From positions 1 to 64,000 of the forward strand of contig JAHLWZ010000725.1 of NCBI GenBank assembly GCA_020536535.1: a DNA stretch of 64,000 nt, in the 5' to 3' direction. Under the pieces are notes generated by a model. The model saw only the letters and a program-made list of their open reading frames with translations. It had not been told where the DNA came from and searched no databases. Made by a program: the position numbers and the translations under genes. Origin of the DNA: Pelomyxa schiedti. Taxonomy: Eukaryota; Protista; Evosea. Every line of letters begins with the position of its first letter. Position 1 is the first letter of the stretch. Positions 12,503-28,405 of this stretch are shown piece after piece.

Positions 12503-15500
12503 ATGGACCTGTTGCGTGGGTTGGGTGTCTTTGGCACACCCCAAAAGACAGTTGCAAGCCACAATGGGCACAATAAAACAAACCGAAAGACATGCGCGTC
12601 CGACCCAAACCCAGTTGTGGGACCCAAACGCCACACAGCAAGTCAACAAGCCGCACCACGAAACGTAAGTTCGTCCCACAATGCTACTGCGCCCACGGTG
12701 CCACGACAACGAGAAAGTGCATCAAGCACAGGAAGAACCGAGCGTCTTCCAGAGAGCTCGGTGCCGATTCAAAAACAAAGCGGCGCACATAATGGGACAG
12801 ATGAAAAGCCCGACACTGAGTGGGGTAAGTCAGGGGAGTGGAATACCGTGAGAATATTCGTGAGTTCCACGTTCCAGGACATGCACAGCGAGAGGAATTC
12901 TTTGGTCACCCGCGTGTTCCCTGTTCTGCGAATGTGGTGTGCATTGAGCTCATTGAAGATTTTAAAGTTGTACTCATGTACAAGCTTTCAGGTGTGAGGA
13001 ACACAGATTGCACCTGATTGCATGCGATTTGCGATGGGGAGTGCCAAAGGATTCTAGCACGGGAGACACTTTACTCACGTGAGCTCTGTTCTCTTTAGAA
13101 GTGCACACTCTAAAGAATGAAAAAAGGTGTTTGGGAGAGCTTGATAGATGTTCATCGTCACGGAACGGTAGCCACCCGTACTTTATCTCTATACTTGGAG
13201 AAAGGTATGGCTGGGTTCCCACGGAAGATCAGGTTGGTGCTCCGAACGTTCTCGTCGTCTGAAAAATACCTTTGCTTAAAAAAAAAACCCCATCAAGGTT
13301 CCCGCCATCGTTAGGCATAAATACAAATGGATTCCTGGACTCTCTGTGACTGCCATGGAAATAACTCATGCCGCACTTAGATCCTCAGATGTGAATCCAA
13401 ATGCCTTGTTCTTCTTTCGCGATTCGAGGGCCATTGACACTATCCCGACGGAACCAGAATCTGTAAGAGCACAGGCTCTCAGTGCTCTGGGAAGTGATGG
13501 ATCGGAATCCAAGTTATCTCGACTGAAGGAGCAGATACGAAACCGATACTCTGTTGTGGAGTATTCGTCCGCTTTTGATCGAATTGAAAATGGTGTGGTG
13601 TTGATGAAGGGACTGGATGACTTTGAGAAGGCAGTTCTCACAAAGTTGAAGTCAATAGTTGTGTAACCCAACGCTTTTCAACTGGCTAACCTTTAACCAG
13701 ATATCCAAAAACTTTGTAGACTCATTCCCAAAAACTCCATCGCAACTCCTTGTGGAGCCACACGCCTGTGCAATTTCGGAAATGGCAAAGCATTGCATTG
13801 GCTGCGAGTCAGACGTAAACTTGCTATTTCAAGCACTTCAGGTAATTCTTATTATGGTCACTCTCCACTGATAATTTCTAGGATACGAACTATATACTGC
13901 TTGATAGTGATTCCGGAATGGGAGCAAGTACTACACTGGCGGCCCTTGGCCAGTACATTATGAAGAAGCATCGCGCACGTTGGAGCATATTTACACACTT
14001 CTCTGAGTCTGGTCCTCATACAAAGGAAGTCAACACAATTTTGACTAGGCTTTGTCTCCACTTCGAGGGTGTTACTTACCTCAACAAGTTAGGCATATGT
14101 CTTGCACCTGATACCTTTTCAATACCCTTTGTGTGACTGATCTTTCTTCTAGGATACAAGAAAGTCATTCTGACTCGCTTGTTCATACACTACAGCATGT
14201 AATTCATAAGAACCGGAATAAGAACAGGAAGACACTTATCCTTATTGACCATATAGACAAACTTTCAAAGCAACATCACGGCACCTACGACTGGTGGTTA
14301 CCGAAGTCTGTTCCCCCAAATGTGAAGATTGTAGCAACAGTATCAGAAAGAAGGAACCTCATTGGTGACCAATCGTATAACAAGGAATCTGTGCTGGGAT
14401 GCCCCTGGCACCGTCTTCCTATTTCTGGAGTCAGTTCATTGGCTGTTGATCAAATTGCCACCCAAACAATGCATGTGAATGCCAAATCCCTAGATGAGAA
14501 CCAGAAATCCCTCTTGCTTTCAAAACGTTCCAGCAAAAATCCTCTGTGGCTCAATATTGCTTGTGGGGAGCTAGTTCAATTTGGTATCTTTGAAGCTGTT
14601 TCAGAAAAGATCCAGTCTCTACCAGATAGCCTTCCAGGCTTGATTGAGTCCGTACTTGAACGCCTTGAGACACAATTCGGAGCTAAGTGTGTCACTGATC
14701 TATTGTGTTTGATTGCCTTCTCTCACAATGGCCTTTTGGAGAATGAAGCCATGGAACTTCTGGGAAATCCGATCACTCATGAACCCCTGTGCAACGCTGA
14801 ATGGGCTCCGTTGAGGGCTAGATTGGCGGATTTTTTGTGTCCCAGTGACGCCACCACTGTACTTAGCTTTACACATACTTGCTTTTTGGATGCTGTTAGA
14901 AAGAGATATAGCTGTGACAGAAAAGAAGTAGCCAATTCATACTGGACAATTCTGGCCAACTACCATGAAGAAAAGTTGAAAAGCAGGTACTAAGAAATTC
15001 TTACAGCTAGTACTCATTTTTTTTTTGCCTCCATTTAAACAGTAAAGTACCCTCTTTTCATGAACGACCAGCAGAAGAACTTCCATATTTATTTGAGTCT
15101 CTCGGCGATCAAGCGAGAATAGCACAATGCCTATCACACTTATCAGTCTTTTTGCACTGGTTTACAGGTTCACTCCTCCGCCCTACAACTTGATCAAGTC
15201 ACGTGTCTCAAGATGAGACCAAGTTCCAATTCGTACAATTTAGCACTGCTGTGAAGGATACTTCAATTTTGGAGAAGAATTTCTCTGACATGGTTGAACT
15301 CTCTCAGCTGGTATGCATGCAATTAAGGTTTTGGTCATCGCAAATGACTCTGGGTTGTACAGCAATTGGTCTCTGTTCCAGAGAGAGTGCTTCTTCTCTT
15401 CCGTGTTTCCGAGTTCTTTTCTTACATTGGCCTCCTAGACGCTTCCCTGAAAGTTGCACAGCAATCTGTGCACTTGGGAAAGCAAGTATCTCACGGAATA

Positions 15501-16763
15501 TGCCCAGAGATGGGTTTTGCTCTCAACATGCTTGCCCGTGTCCAAGACCAAAAAGGTAGAACTTTAATAATTCTTGCTACAGTGTTTACGTAATTGAAGG
15601 GGATTCGACATCAGCACTTGACAACTTCAAGTTGGCTCTACAAACTCGAAGAAGAGTATATGGCAGAGAGCACATATATATTGCCCATAGTTTAAATAAC
15701 TTGGCAGCATTTTATCAAGTACTAATACCTGTAACCCATTTTTTTGTTCCCACATCCGAAGGTACATGGAAAGCAATTTGGGGCTTCTCTACCTCTTTAC
15801 CGTGAAGCTCTAGTCATGGCACAACACATTCTTGGGGAGACACACCCACTTGTTGCCGACTTCTTGAGCAATATAGGCCAGGTATATACTGAGTCAGGGA
15901 ATCATGATGCCGCTGTGATAGTTCTCCACAAGGCTTTGACAATAAGGACACAAGTTCAAGGTTCAAGTTAGTTTGTTACAAAAGTGCACTGACTTAAGTA
16001 GACGACAAAGACCCTTCTCTCTCGTTGACTCTGACTACACTTGCAAATGCTTTGCGAGGTCAAGCAGGTAGCTACCTACCCCTCTACGCCGTGATACGGT
16101 TTCATATTCTATTTTAGCTGAAACTGAGGATCCTGAAGAGAAAATGCACAAATTCTCACAAGCTCTGTCTTATTACAAGCAAGCACTCAATGTAGATTTA
16201 TGTGTATATGGGGAGAGAAACGTGGTAGTTGCCACAGATTATTGTAATATTGGTAGTATGTACAGTGAGCTTGAGCTTGATGCACGGACTGAGGACGAAA
16301 TGTTCGCTAAAGCGTATGCTGTGAGTCATATTATTTTCCTACCACTAACATGTATTTTTGGTGTAGATATGAAATTCGGAAAGCCTTACTTGGTGAGGAA
16401 CACGAACAAACAAAAGCAGCAGCGGTTCTGTGTGGGGGCCACATCCCACACCCCAAATCTAAATTATGGGACAAGCCGGACAGTGGTTCTGGGGGGAATA
16501 CACGGCAAATCACCGCAGTTGCAATTTACGACCCATCAACAGCACTCATTATTCAAGAAATGCAAGCACTTGCCACAATGATCTCCAACAGACCCGCGGA
16601 AAGATCACAATCTGACACAATCTCAACTACCGCAGAATCTTGCTTCAGTAATGGGCTTCCTTACACTGGCGGCGGTATGCCGGAATCTCCTCCCGTAGAC
16701 AACATGAGGGAAGCTAGGAGACAAGCTTTTTCATCAGGACCAAAAATAGAAGAAGTCGACTGA
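12503..16763 (+). CDS. DUF4062-NACHT-TPR protein (nephrocystin-3/TEP1-like STAND) ending in GPKIEEVD
   Basis: VRIFVSSTFQDMHSERNSL and CDLRWGV (DUF4062); SVTAMEITHA; Walker B LILIDHID, WWLP, KNPLWL (NACHT); kinesin-light-chain-type TPRs (HPLVADFLSNIGQVY, VATDYCNIGSMY). Last exon joined in frame as FAKA|YEIRKALLGEEH. Confidence 0.88.
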
Positions 16764-17050
16764 GACCTGAACTTTCCACACAGCACATTACTGATACACA
16801 GACCAATTTTTTTTAATATAATGTGCACAGAGATCAAGAGCACGCACACACTCAGGAATTCACATCACTCTTATCAACTAGAGATCGACCCAATGTACGT
16901 GTGAGATTACTACAACGATGTTTGTTGATGTACCTCATTTTGCTTCGCGTTTTTTGAAGTTGTAGATCTTGCCACCTTGCTTTTTTTTTTTTACGCTGGA
17001 AGAAGAAAAAATCAGACCATTTTCCTTTCATTTCCAAAAAAACAAACAAC

Positions 17051-19563
<2,513 letters not shown>

Positions 19564-19757
19564 TGCCTCCATTTGAACAACCCTGTAGACTGAGGGTTGG
19601 CAACAGATTTAAAACAATCTTGATTTTGCTCTTTTCCTGAATTTCACGCCGGCGAATCAAAACATAAAGCGGGAATTAACAAAAAAAAAAAGAAACACAA
19701 CGCACGGTAGCGGAGCGGTGTAAATAACGAACACACATCGTAACTTGAAGAGAGAAG

Positions 19758-20926
19758 ATGGGATCTCTGGACTCGTTGTTGGGTAGGCTGGAAGTCATTT
19801 ACCTCGAAACCGCGGAAAAAAAAGCACCCGAGTCGGACAAAAAGGACGAAAAGGTAGACCCTTTTACGACAAACAGACTAGCCATCGCTGAAGAAATCAG
19901 AGAGCTCAAGAAGGTTTGTTTTTTGCTTTTTGCTTTGATCCACTGCTCCTTTTGCATTCTGTGAAGGAAGCTCCTTCAAGTCTTACACTTGTGAACTAGT
20001 TAATTGTTGACAGAGACCAAGTTGCTGGTGAAAATCCTAGCTCAGTTGAAGCTGTGAGAATGTCCGCAACGATTCGCACACAACTCGTTGAATTGGAAAA
20101 GCACATCCAAATGCTCAAAGGAGGGCACGATAAGGCTGTAGCGCGGTACGAGAAAAAGGTAAAAACAAGAGTCTCTTGTATTTTCCCCTGACCTCTGTTA
20201 GAAAGCAAGCAAAGGGAAACCCGATCTTGAGCTGGAAGATAAATTCCAACTTCGAGGTGAAGCAATTCAGTGTGCTATGGACAATCTTGAGGAGTGCCGA
20301 AACATGGAAAGAAAACGTTTGGGTGGTCCTGCTTTCATTCCTGGCAGAAGTTAGTGCCACATATTCTAATACAATTTCACAACACTGATTTCGTGGTAGA
20401 TGCCGCTGCCCCCACTTCTTTGCCAAATATTGATGATCCCAGATTTCAGGAGCTCAAACGTCGTGACGAAGAAATTGTATTTCACACTCACTATTCCTTC
20501 TTCTTATTATTATCGTCAGGATACTGTTCTTGACAGCATAGGAAATAAAGTTCATGCACTCCATGGGATTGCGGTAATGTCAAATAAAATTTCTAACCTA
20601 TCCTCACACAAAGACAGATTGAAATGAACGAAGTTGCACACAAACAATCAGATCAGATAGACAAAATCGCCGACAACGTAGATGACCTCAATCAGCAGCT
20701 CATATCTGCCAACAAACAGATGAAAGAAATTCTCGAGAAGGTTAACGCACTTAGAATTCTTTATTTGTAACAATGCAAAAACCACAGTTGCGGTCACCTG
20801 ACAAGTTCATCCTGGATTTCATTCTCATCTGTGTCCTATTGGGTACATTTTTCACAATGGTTTTTCCACTCAGTGTCAATAGGTGTGGCAGGCATGGTGT
20901 ACACAGTCATAAAAGACCGTATTTAA
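19758..20926 (+). CDS. Qc-SNARE, SYP7/syntaxin-71-like
   Basis: Spliced SNARE heptads DEEI|DTVLDSIGNKVHALHGIA|IEMNEVAHKQSDQID...LISANKQMK, then LRSPDKFILDFILICVLLG|VAGMVY C-terminal TM; TAA at 20924-20926. Confidence 0.8.
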
Positions 20927-21193
20927 TTCCCAATGGAGTAGTGTAAATAACCAAAAATCTTTGTTCACTTTTCACAAGGCCAGTTTTTCTCTTTTCCCTA
21001 ATGGTCCCATAATCTCGTGCCAAAATGGAGGGGAGAAAGTAGTCTCAAGCAGCCGGCAGGTTTTCGTGAGATGATGGCAATTCAATTTGCATTTGTTTGA
21101 ATTTGTAGACACGCTCTTAAAATGGTACAAAACCAACATCTGACCCACTTTTTTTTTTTTTGGCTTGGTTGTGACATTAAAAATCTAGAAGTT

Positions 21194-22093
21194 CTATAGA
21201 AGAGCACAGCAGCATTTGTGTCTATCAGCAAAAAGTAGTGGTGCTTCATCCCGTTCAACGTCCAAATCTTCGCGGGCTGCTGAGGTGCTTATAGTATTCA
21301 TGAAGCTATCAAAGGTTGTTTCCACACCGTGGTTCTCCATGGCACTGCAACAGGCCCTGTTGCATTTTAGTTGTTGCATACAACAATATGAAAGTAACCA
21401 GGCACAAAATCCATTTTCCTTCGAGAAGGCTTCCAGTTCTTCATCAGTTTTACATCGTTTGTTCACGGGACAGTCTATCTTTTAGTGTTTTTGTGTTGAT
21501 TTGTTGAGTGCTTGCCTGTACCTTGGTTGCAATCAAAAAAGTTGGAATGTCTTGTTCTGTACAAGTCTTTATTGCATTCTTCCAAGTGAGTACATTGTCA
21601 AATGAGGGTAAACTGGATATGTCAAAAAGTATAAAGAATCCATCAGCCCCGCGGAGGTAAGACTGTACAAGTTAGTGTTGACAAAACTTATTTGTTGTTG
21701 GACCGTTGTCATTTCTCGATATTTTTCTTGGCCTTGTTGGAGCAAGAAGATTAGAGTTTGAATAATTCACGCTGCGATACCGGCAGTATCCCAAATTTGC
21801 ACATTGGTGTCTCTCCATACTATTGTGATAAACTCCACTCCGGTCTTGCTGATTTTAAGAGGTAAAAAACCTCGGGTAAATTACATACTGTTGTGGGAAC
21901 TTCAGTGTTGAACGACCTATTTGCGAGACGAGACACAAAGCAGGTTTTCCCTTGTCTTGTGAGTAGGAGGAAGAAAGTAAAGGGAAGGTCGCTACCGACT
22001 CCTGAATCACCCAAAATTACAACTTTAGTAGGTGGTTTATCCTGCAAGAGTCGTTATCCATAACACCAACACCGTAGATCCCGCACCTACCAT
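21194..22093 (-). CDS. Divergent Rab-family small GTPase
   Basis: M|DKPPTKVVILGDSGVG|KT, TT|TGVEF, IWDTAG|QEKY, YLRGADG, ATK|ID, CSA; C-terminal prenylation motif CCCALL. Confidence 0.9.
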
Positions 22094-22218
22094 CAAATGA
22101 CTGCGATCATACAATAAAGTGCCAAAACAGAGGGAAAAGTAGATTCCCGGAAGGGCATCGAACAAAAAAAAAAGTGCCAAAAGTAAGCCCCTGGCTGGGC
22201 TATTCTTTCCACTTCTTT

Positions 22219-25200
22219 CTAGTGAGAGCCAAATGGCCACGACGTGGTTGATGGCGAGGCGCCGCCAAAGGCAGCAGCACCCAAGTTGGAAGCGGAGCCA
22301 AACGTGGGCATCCCCGTGCCGAGCTGTGATGTCGATCCAAACGTGGGGATGGAGTTGCCCAGCTGCGACGTGGAGCCAAATGCAACTGCACTGCCGCTCC
22401 CAAGAGCCGAAGTGCTGCCAAATGAGGGCTGTGTGGACTTGGAGCCAAACACACTGCCGGTATTTGGTGGTTGTGGATGTGGTTGTTGTTGCGATGGTGA
22501 TGAGGATGGGTTGCCGAATACTTGTGTTGAGGGGAACAGGCTGGCGGTTGCTGTTGGGTTGAACGGGCTGGATGGTGGTTGAGCTCCTCCAAAGAGGTTT
22601 GTGCCGCTTGGTGATGAGGTTGAGGTGGCTCCGAAGAGGTTGGTTCCGGTTATTGCACTGCCGAGGAATGAGGTGGGTGGTGTGGTGTTTGCGCCGAATA
22701 TGCTTGCGGTTGGGGCTTTTGCAAACACGCTGCCTTGAGGTGTGGTTGGAGGTGGCGTGGGTGCTGATGGAGGGGTAAACCCCGGGCTCGTTGGCGTTCT
22801 GGTGAATATACTGTTTGTAAGGGGTGCTGCATTGAATGGGGTCGGAGTGGAGGGTGCCACTGAGAACGGGCTTGTAGGGGTGAAGGAGGTCGTAGTTGAT
22901 GTGGTCGTTGGCTGAGAAATCTGACCTGGATTTGTGTTAGAATTGAGAATGTGCCTTCACATTTTACCAAAAAGAGGTTGAATAGAAATAGTTCCTGGTG
23001 GTGTTGGAGAAGGGGATATTGCAGGTTGCTCCGTTGCCCCACGCTGGGACGAAGGTGCAGTGCCTTGGGGTGTAGAACTACTACCACCTATGAAAATAAG
23101 TGCAAGGTGATTTCAAGTTGCTTACCTGATGGGATGAGAGAAACAAAACCAAACTGGGGAATTATAGACGCAAGTGGTGGTGCACTAGCAGGTGATTGTA
23201 CTGGTTGTGTATTAGAAGGTGGGAATCCTGTAGATATAACTGGGAGTGAAGAGGGTGGTGTAGGAGAAGCAGGACGCTCCGGTACATCAGATGGTTTACC
23301 ACTGAAAATCGGAGTTGCTACCGTTGATTGAAGGCGTTGTTGAAGTGGTGCTATTGGCATTGGGGTACTAGGGAGTGGGGACAGAGAAGAGGGAGGCTGA
23401 TTGTTTTCTGTTTTGAATAGTGATGGTGTTATCGGCGAGGGTGGGGTAAGTGGCTCCACTGGGGGGGTACTTATTGATGGTGTTGGTGTCTTCACTGTAG
23501 AGGGGACAACAGATGAGGCTAATGAAGGCTGGGTAACTTTGGGGGCCTCAGTGGTTGTGGAAGTTGGTGTAGTGCTTGAGATCTCAGTAGTTGTAAAAGT
23601 TGGTTGAATGTTCTTATGTTTCCTTTCTTCAGTAGCCGTCTCCGTTATTAACTTTGGCTTGTGCCGCAACTTCATAATGGGTTTATGTGACTTTAGTTTA
23701 CTTGACATTCTTCCCTTTCTTACTGGTGCCCTTTGTATTTTTTTTTTATGCTTTGGGTGGACTGTGTCACTGCTAGGTTTTTTTTCCTTGAAATCGTCGC
23801 TATCTTGCTCTTCTGTACTTGCCTCACTTGCCTGCCCTTCAGTAGCTTCACTATCTTCACTGTCTTCACTACTTTTGGCCTCACTGTCATGGCGGTCCTC
23901 ATTGCCGGAGCTTGATTCATCTCTTGGGAACTCTGGCTCCCGGCTAACTTTGTGCTGATGTTTTTCAAGTTCATTGTCACTTGAACTGTCACTGTTATTT
24001 GTGATGACTGGTGGATCCAATTCTGAATCAGAAGACACATCTGGGGGAGGACTTAGCGGCCGCTGTAGGGTAGGTTCTCTGGGAACAGAGATTTCAGTGC
24101 TTGGTAGTGTGAAGATAGAATTAGATTGCTGTATAACTGTCTGTTTAGGAGTTTGTGGAACAGTAAACCCTGAGATCTGTGGCGGACTCAAATTGGTTGG
24201 TGGTATGTTCATGCTGGGGGTTGTGGACTTGTTAATTGGAAGCCGTGTGCTGGTACTGGATTCGGAATTGAGTGCAGAGTTCGATATTCCAGTGGGTAAA
24301 GCTGTTGGTGGTACTGGCTCTTTGAGTACTGGCAGTTGCTCTGTTTCTTTAGTTGTGACCGTCTGGTTTTGCTTGGGGAGGAATGGTACTGATTCACAGG
24401 GTGATGTGGGTGGAACGGGAGGAGTTTGTATCTTTGGAGCTGCTGGAGCAGTCTGTTCCGGTTGTGTGGGTGCGGGGTGCAAATCATCTGTACGTTGGGC
24501 TCCGCAATGCTTTTCAATGCACGAGATTTGATAAGATGGAAGCTTGGGAGGGGCAGATATTTGTGGTGTGGCTGAAGTATTGCTTGGTAACGGTGATGGT
24601 ACAGTGGGTGGTAATGGTGATTGATCTGTTTTGGAAGTGGTTGTTGGGGTCGACAGGGTTGAGTCCTTTGAGGGTGAAATTGGGTGAAGGGGGGGGTAGT
24701 GAAAGTTGGGATTGTGCAATCTTTGGGAAATATCATTAATGTATTTATCAATGAGACATGATGCCTCATGCAGTGAAGTAATTGGCGTTGTTGGTGGAGG
24801 GGTGTAAACTGGTGAGTAATATCCTCTTTGTACAAAGAATGCACGTCAGTGAAAATGATTGGGTAAATTTCACACACTCTTCCACTGGTTGTGGGGTCCA
24901 ATATTTTTTGTCGTAGGTGGGCTTCTTGATAGGCGTAGCAGTGTGAGTAGCAGGTTGATGTACTTGATATACACAGTGAGATAAAATGAATATCAAGAAA
25001 GGCTGCACACATAGTCCAATGCTGGAGACAAGAGCGTGAACCTTCCTCACAGCATTTGCAGTAAAAAGGTTGAGGGAATAAGGTGTCTCTGAGCACAAGC
25101 AGCTGTAGTGAAGTTAACAACATGTATTTAAGTGACCTAGCTACCTGATTAAACGCAAAAAGGATTCTAATTGGAGAACTTTTCCATTTACAGCCTGTAC

Positions 25201-27254
25201 AATAATTAAGGAAAGAATTAAAGTGTAGAAGAAACATTTAGGATATCGCTACACCAATCATAACGCCACTTTAAAAGAATGTAATTGGGAGGCTTGCATG
25301 AAATAATCTTTAAATGATATTTCATAACAGAGGTTTGTCCTGTTGTCCATTAAAAGGAATCTTGGAACACCAAAATAGACACCATGCAAAAAAGAAATAT
25401 GGTCATGCATAGTTAGTATGCGAGATCCAAGAACAGTGGTTTCGGCACAAGTTTCCTGAATTGTGTGCTGCATATTGTTGAGGCTTGTGCTAAAAGTGTC
25501 AGGGCAATGTATCCCTGACCGAACTCTGCGTTTCAGCTCAATTGGGAAAGGGGTCAGTGCAACTCTTTAAGTAATGCTAACATACTTGTAAAAGGGATTG
25601 TCCGAAGACGATTTTTGATTGCAAACTGGAAGTTGTTGATTGACTTTTGATTGGAGTAGGTGTTGGAACTTTTATGGGTGTTGCGATTGGAAGTGCAGAT
25701 TGGACTCTTTTCCTGGGTGTGAAGTTTGGAGAGGAGGATGAAGGTGTCTTAAGGCGCGTGCCTGAAGGAGCACACCTGATGGGTGTTGAAGGAAGGGGTG
25801 ATGGTACTTTGAGAGAAGATAGTTTATTTTTGGTAAGTGTGTGGTTCAATGCTATGTAGAGATGAGTGTCATTTCCCTTGAAGAATATTAGGATAAGCAA
25901 TTATGGGATCTTTACCTTGTGGAAATATGTTAATCCAGTGGGTCTTGAATCTGATATTCTAGGTTAATTCTCTTCCAAGAGAGAAAATAAATAATAAGAA
26001 ATGTAATGTACTCACTCACAGAAAACGTGGACTCAGTGAGGCTCTTATCGACTACTTTGAGGTCTGGAGAACAAGGCACCATAAATATCATCAGGTCCCT
26101 TAATTGTAGGTCAGTTCAGTGGACCAAATCAAATGGTGGCCTACCATGGAACTAAGCAAACACCATGCAATTTTGCAGACACTGGCACCTTGAAAGGCAT
26201 AGCTTTGATGAGCTTATGCTCCATGCTACGCAGATTTATAGTACTCTATTATTTGAAAAAAAACTGAACAGTTAAAAGAGAGGATAACTTTGGGCACTAA
26301 CAATTTCAAAGAACCTAAGCTGAGCAGGAGTATCGTTGCGAGTGGGCGCACCCAATACCATCAGTGCAGGAAAGGGCCAAAAAACAAAGGTAGCTACAGG
26401 ACAATCAATTTCATATCAGTCTACTGATAAAACATACTACTCAGGCAAGACGTATGTAGCAGGGAAATTAAATCCATATCACTCACAAGAACAAGTTGTA
26501 CGTTCCCCTGTTTTGTGACAAGTGCTATGTGGGCACCACTTGGATGCCATGCCCCTGTGTCAAGGTGGGATTTATGGAATTGTCCAGTGGGATGCACACC
26601 ACAAGTATATGGGGAATCAGGTGATTCAGGTACTTCACTCACCTCTAAACTGTACTCTGCTACACCATGAAACCGCACAACAAAAGAGCCCTGCTCAGTG
26701 CACACAAGCAAGAAATTGTTCACTGGGCTCCAAGACATATCTTCCACATTCAACCACCTTTTCCTCACAGTGTCGACATGTCCTTGCTTGCTCACACCAA
26801 TTTCTTTCACATATGCCGTGGCAGTTGCAACATGAAATCCAAGTGCAAAGACATGCAACTCGCGGTGTGGGTGTGACACAACAGCCACAAAGGTTCCATC
26901 ATGCGACGTGCACACTCTCGTGCACGGCGGACCTCGCACCATGTGCAAACTCAAATCCCCAGCGCCGCGCAACTCCAAGCCTTATGTAATTAAACAAAGG
27001 GGAAAAAGCGAATTGAACAGACACAGGAGAGAAAACCAGCGTTGCTTTAACACGCAAAGACTCGCGACAACGACGACGACGGCGCATGAGAATCAGACGA
27101 CGTACGTACCGCGAGACGTGGCGCAACAAACGACCTGGTGCGAAAGAGACACGGCCACAGTTGACCCCCCTCCGCCGACGTGTGTCTCCTCAGTGGGAAA
27201 AAAATCGCATCTCGCTTCGCCTACCGGTACCACTTCCCCGAGCGCGCTGCGCAT
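22219..27254 (-). CDS. FG-repeat nucleoporin, Nup214/Nup159-like
   Basis: N-terminal beta-propeller-like segments (MSWSP, AWHPSG), long P/S/T-rich linker, C-terminal SIFG/NLFG/VFGS/AFGS/TFGS repeats. Start codon and internal exons are uncertain. Confidence 0.7.
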
Positions 27255-27428
27255 CACCTTGGTCTTGGAACGAAATTATTGTCCGATCTACAATTTCCTC
27301 TTGGTTCTTTGAGACTATCGAAGGGCTCAATATGGAACGCACTGGCAAATGTCGCCTGCGTGGGGCAACTGATGTCTTAAGGAACCACAAACACTTAGTG
27401 ACAGCAACCCCAGACAGCTCTTCAGTGA

Positions 27429-28253
<825 letters not shown>

Positions 28254-28405
28254 CTACTACCTGCCTAGCCATTGTCTACTATTGTAATTTATTGCTCTCA
28301 CAAGTTGTGGGGCATGTGGTTTAAAAAACAATTTAGAATTTCTTCTATCTTCCTTTTTTTGTGTCACATACAAAAATCTGACGACCACAAAAAACCAGTA
28401 AGGTT

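Noticed and set aside
15061-15170. Suspected frameshift in the NACHT-TPR gene
   Set aside because: On re-reading, the frame is continuous (EELPYLFESLGDQARIAQCL).
21007-21077. Imperfect stem (ccat-a-atctcgtg / cgtgagat-g-atgg) between convergent SNARE and Rab genes
   Set aside because: Short and G-U dependent with no recognisable snRNA/snoRNA boxes; compatible with chance.
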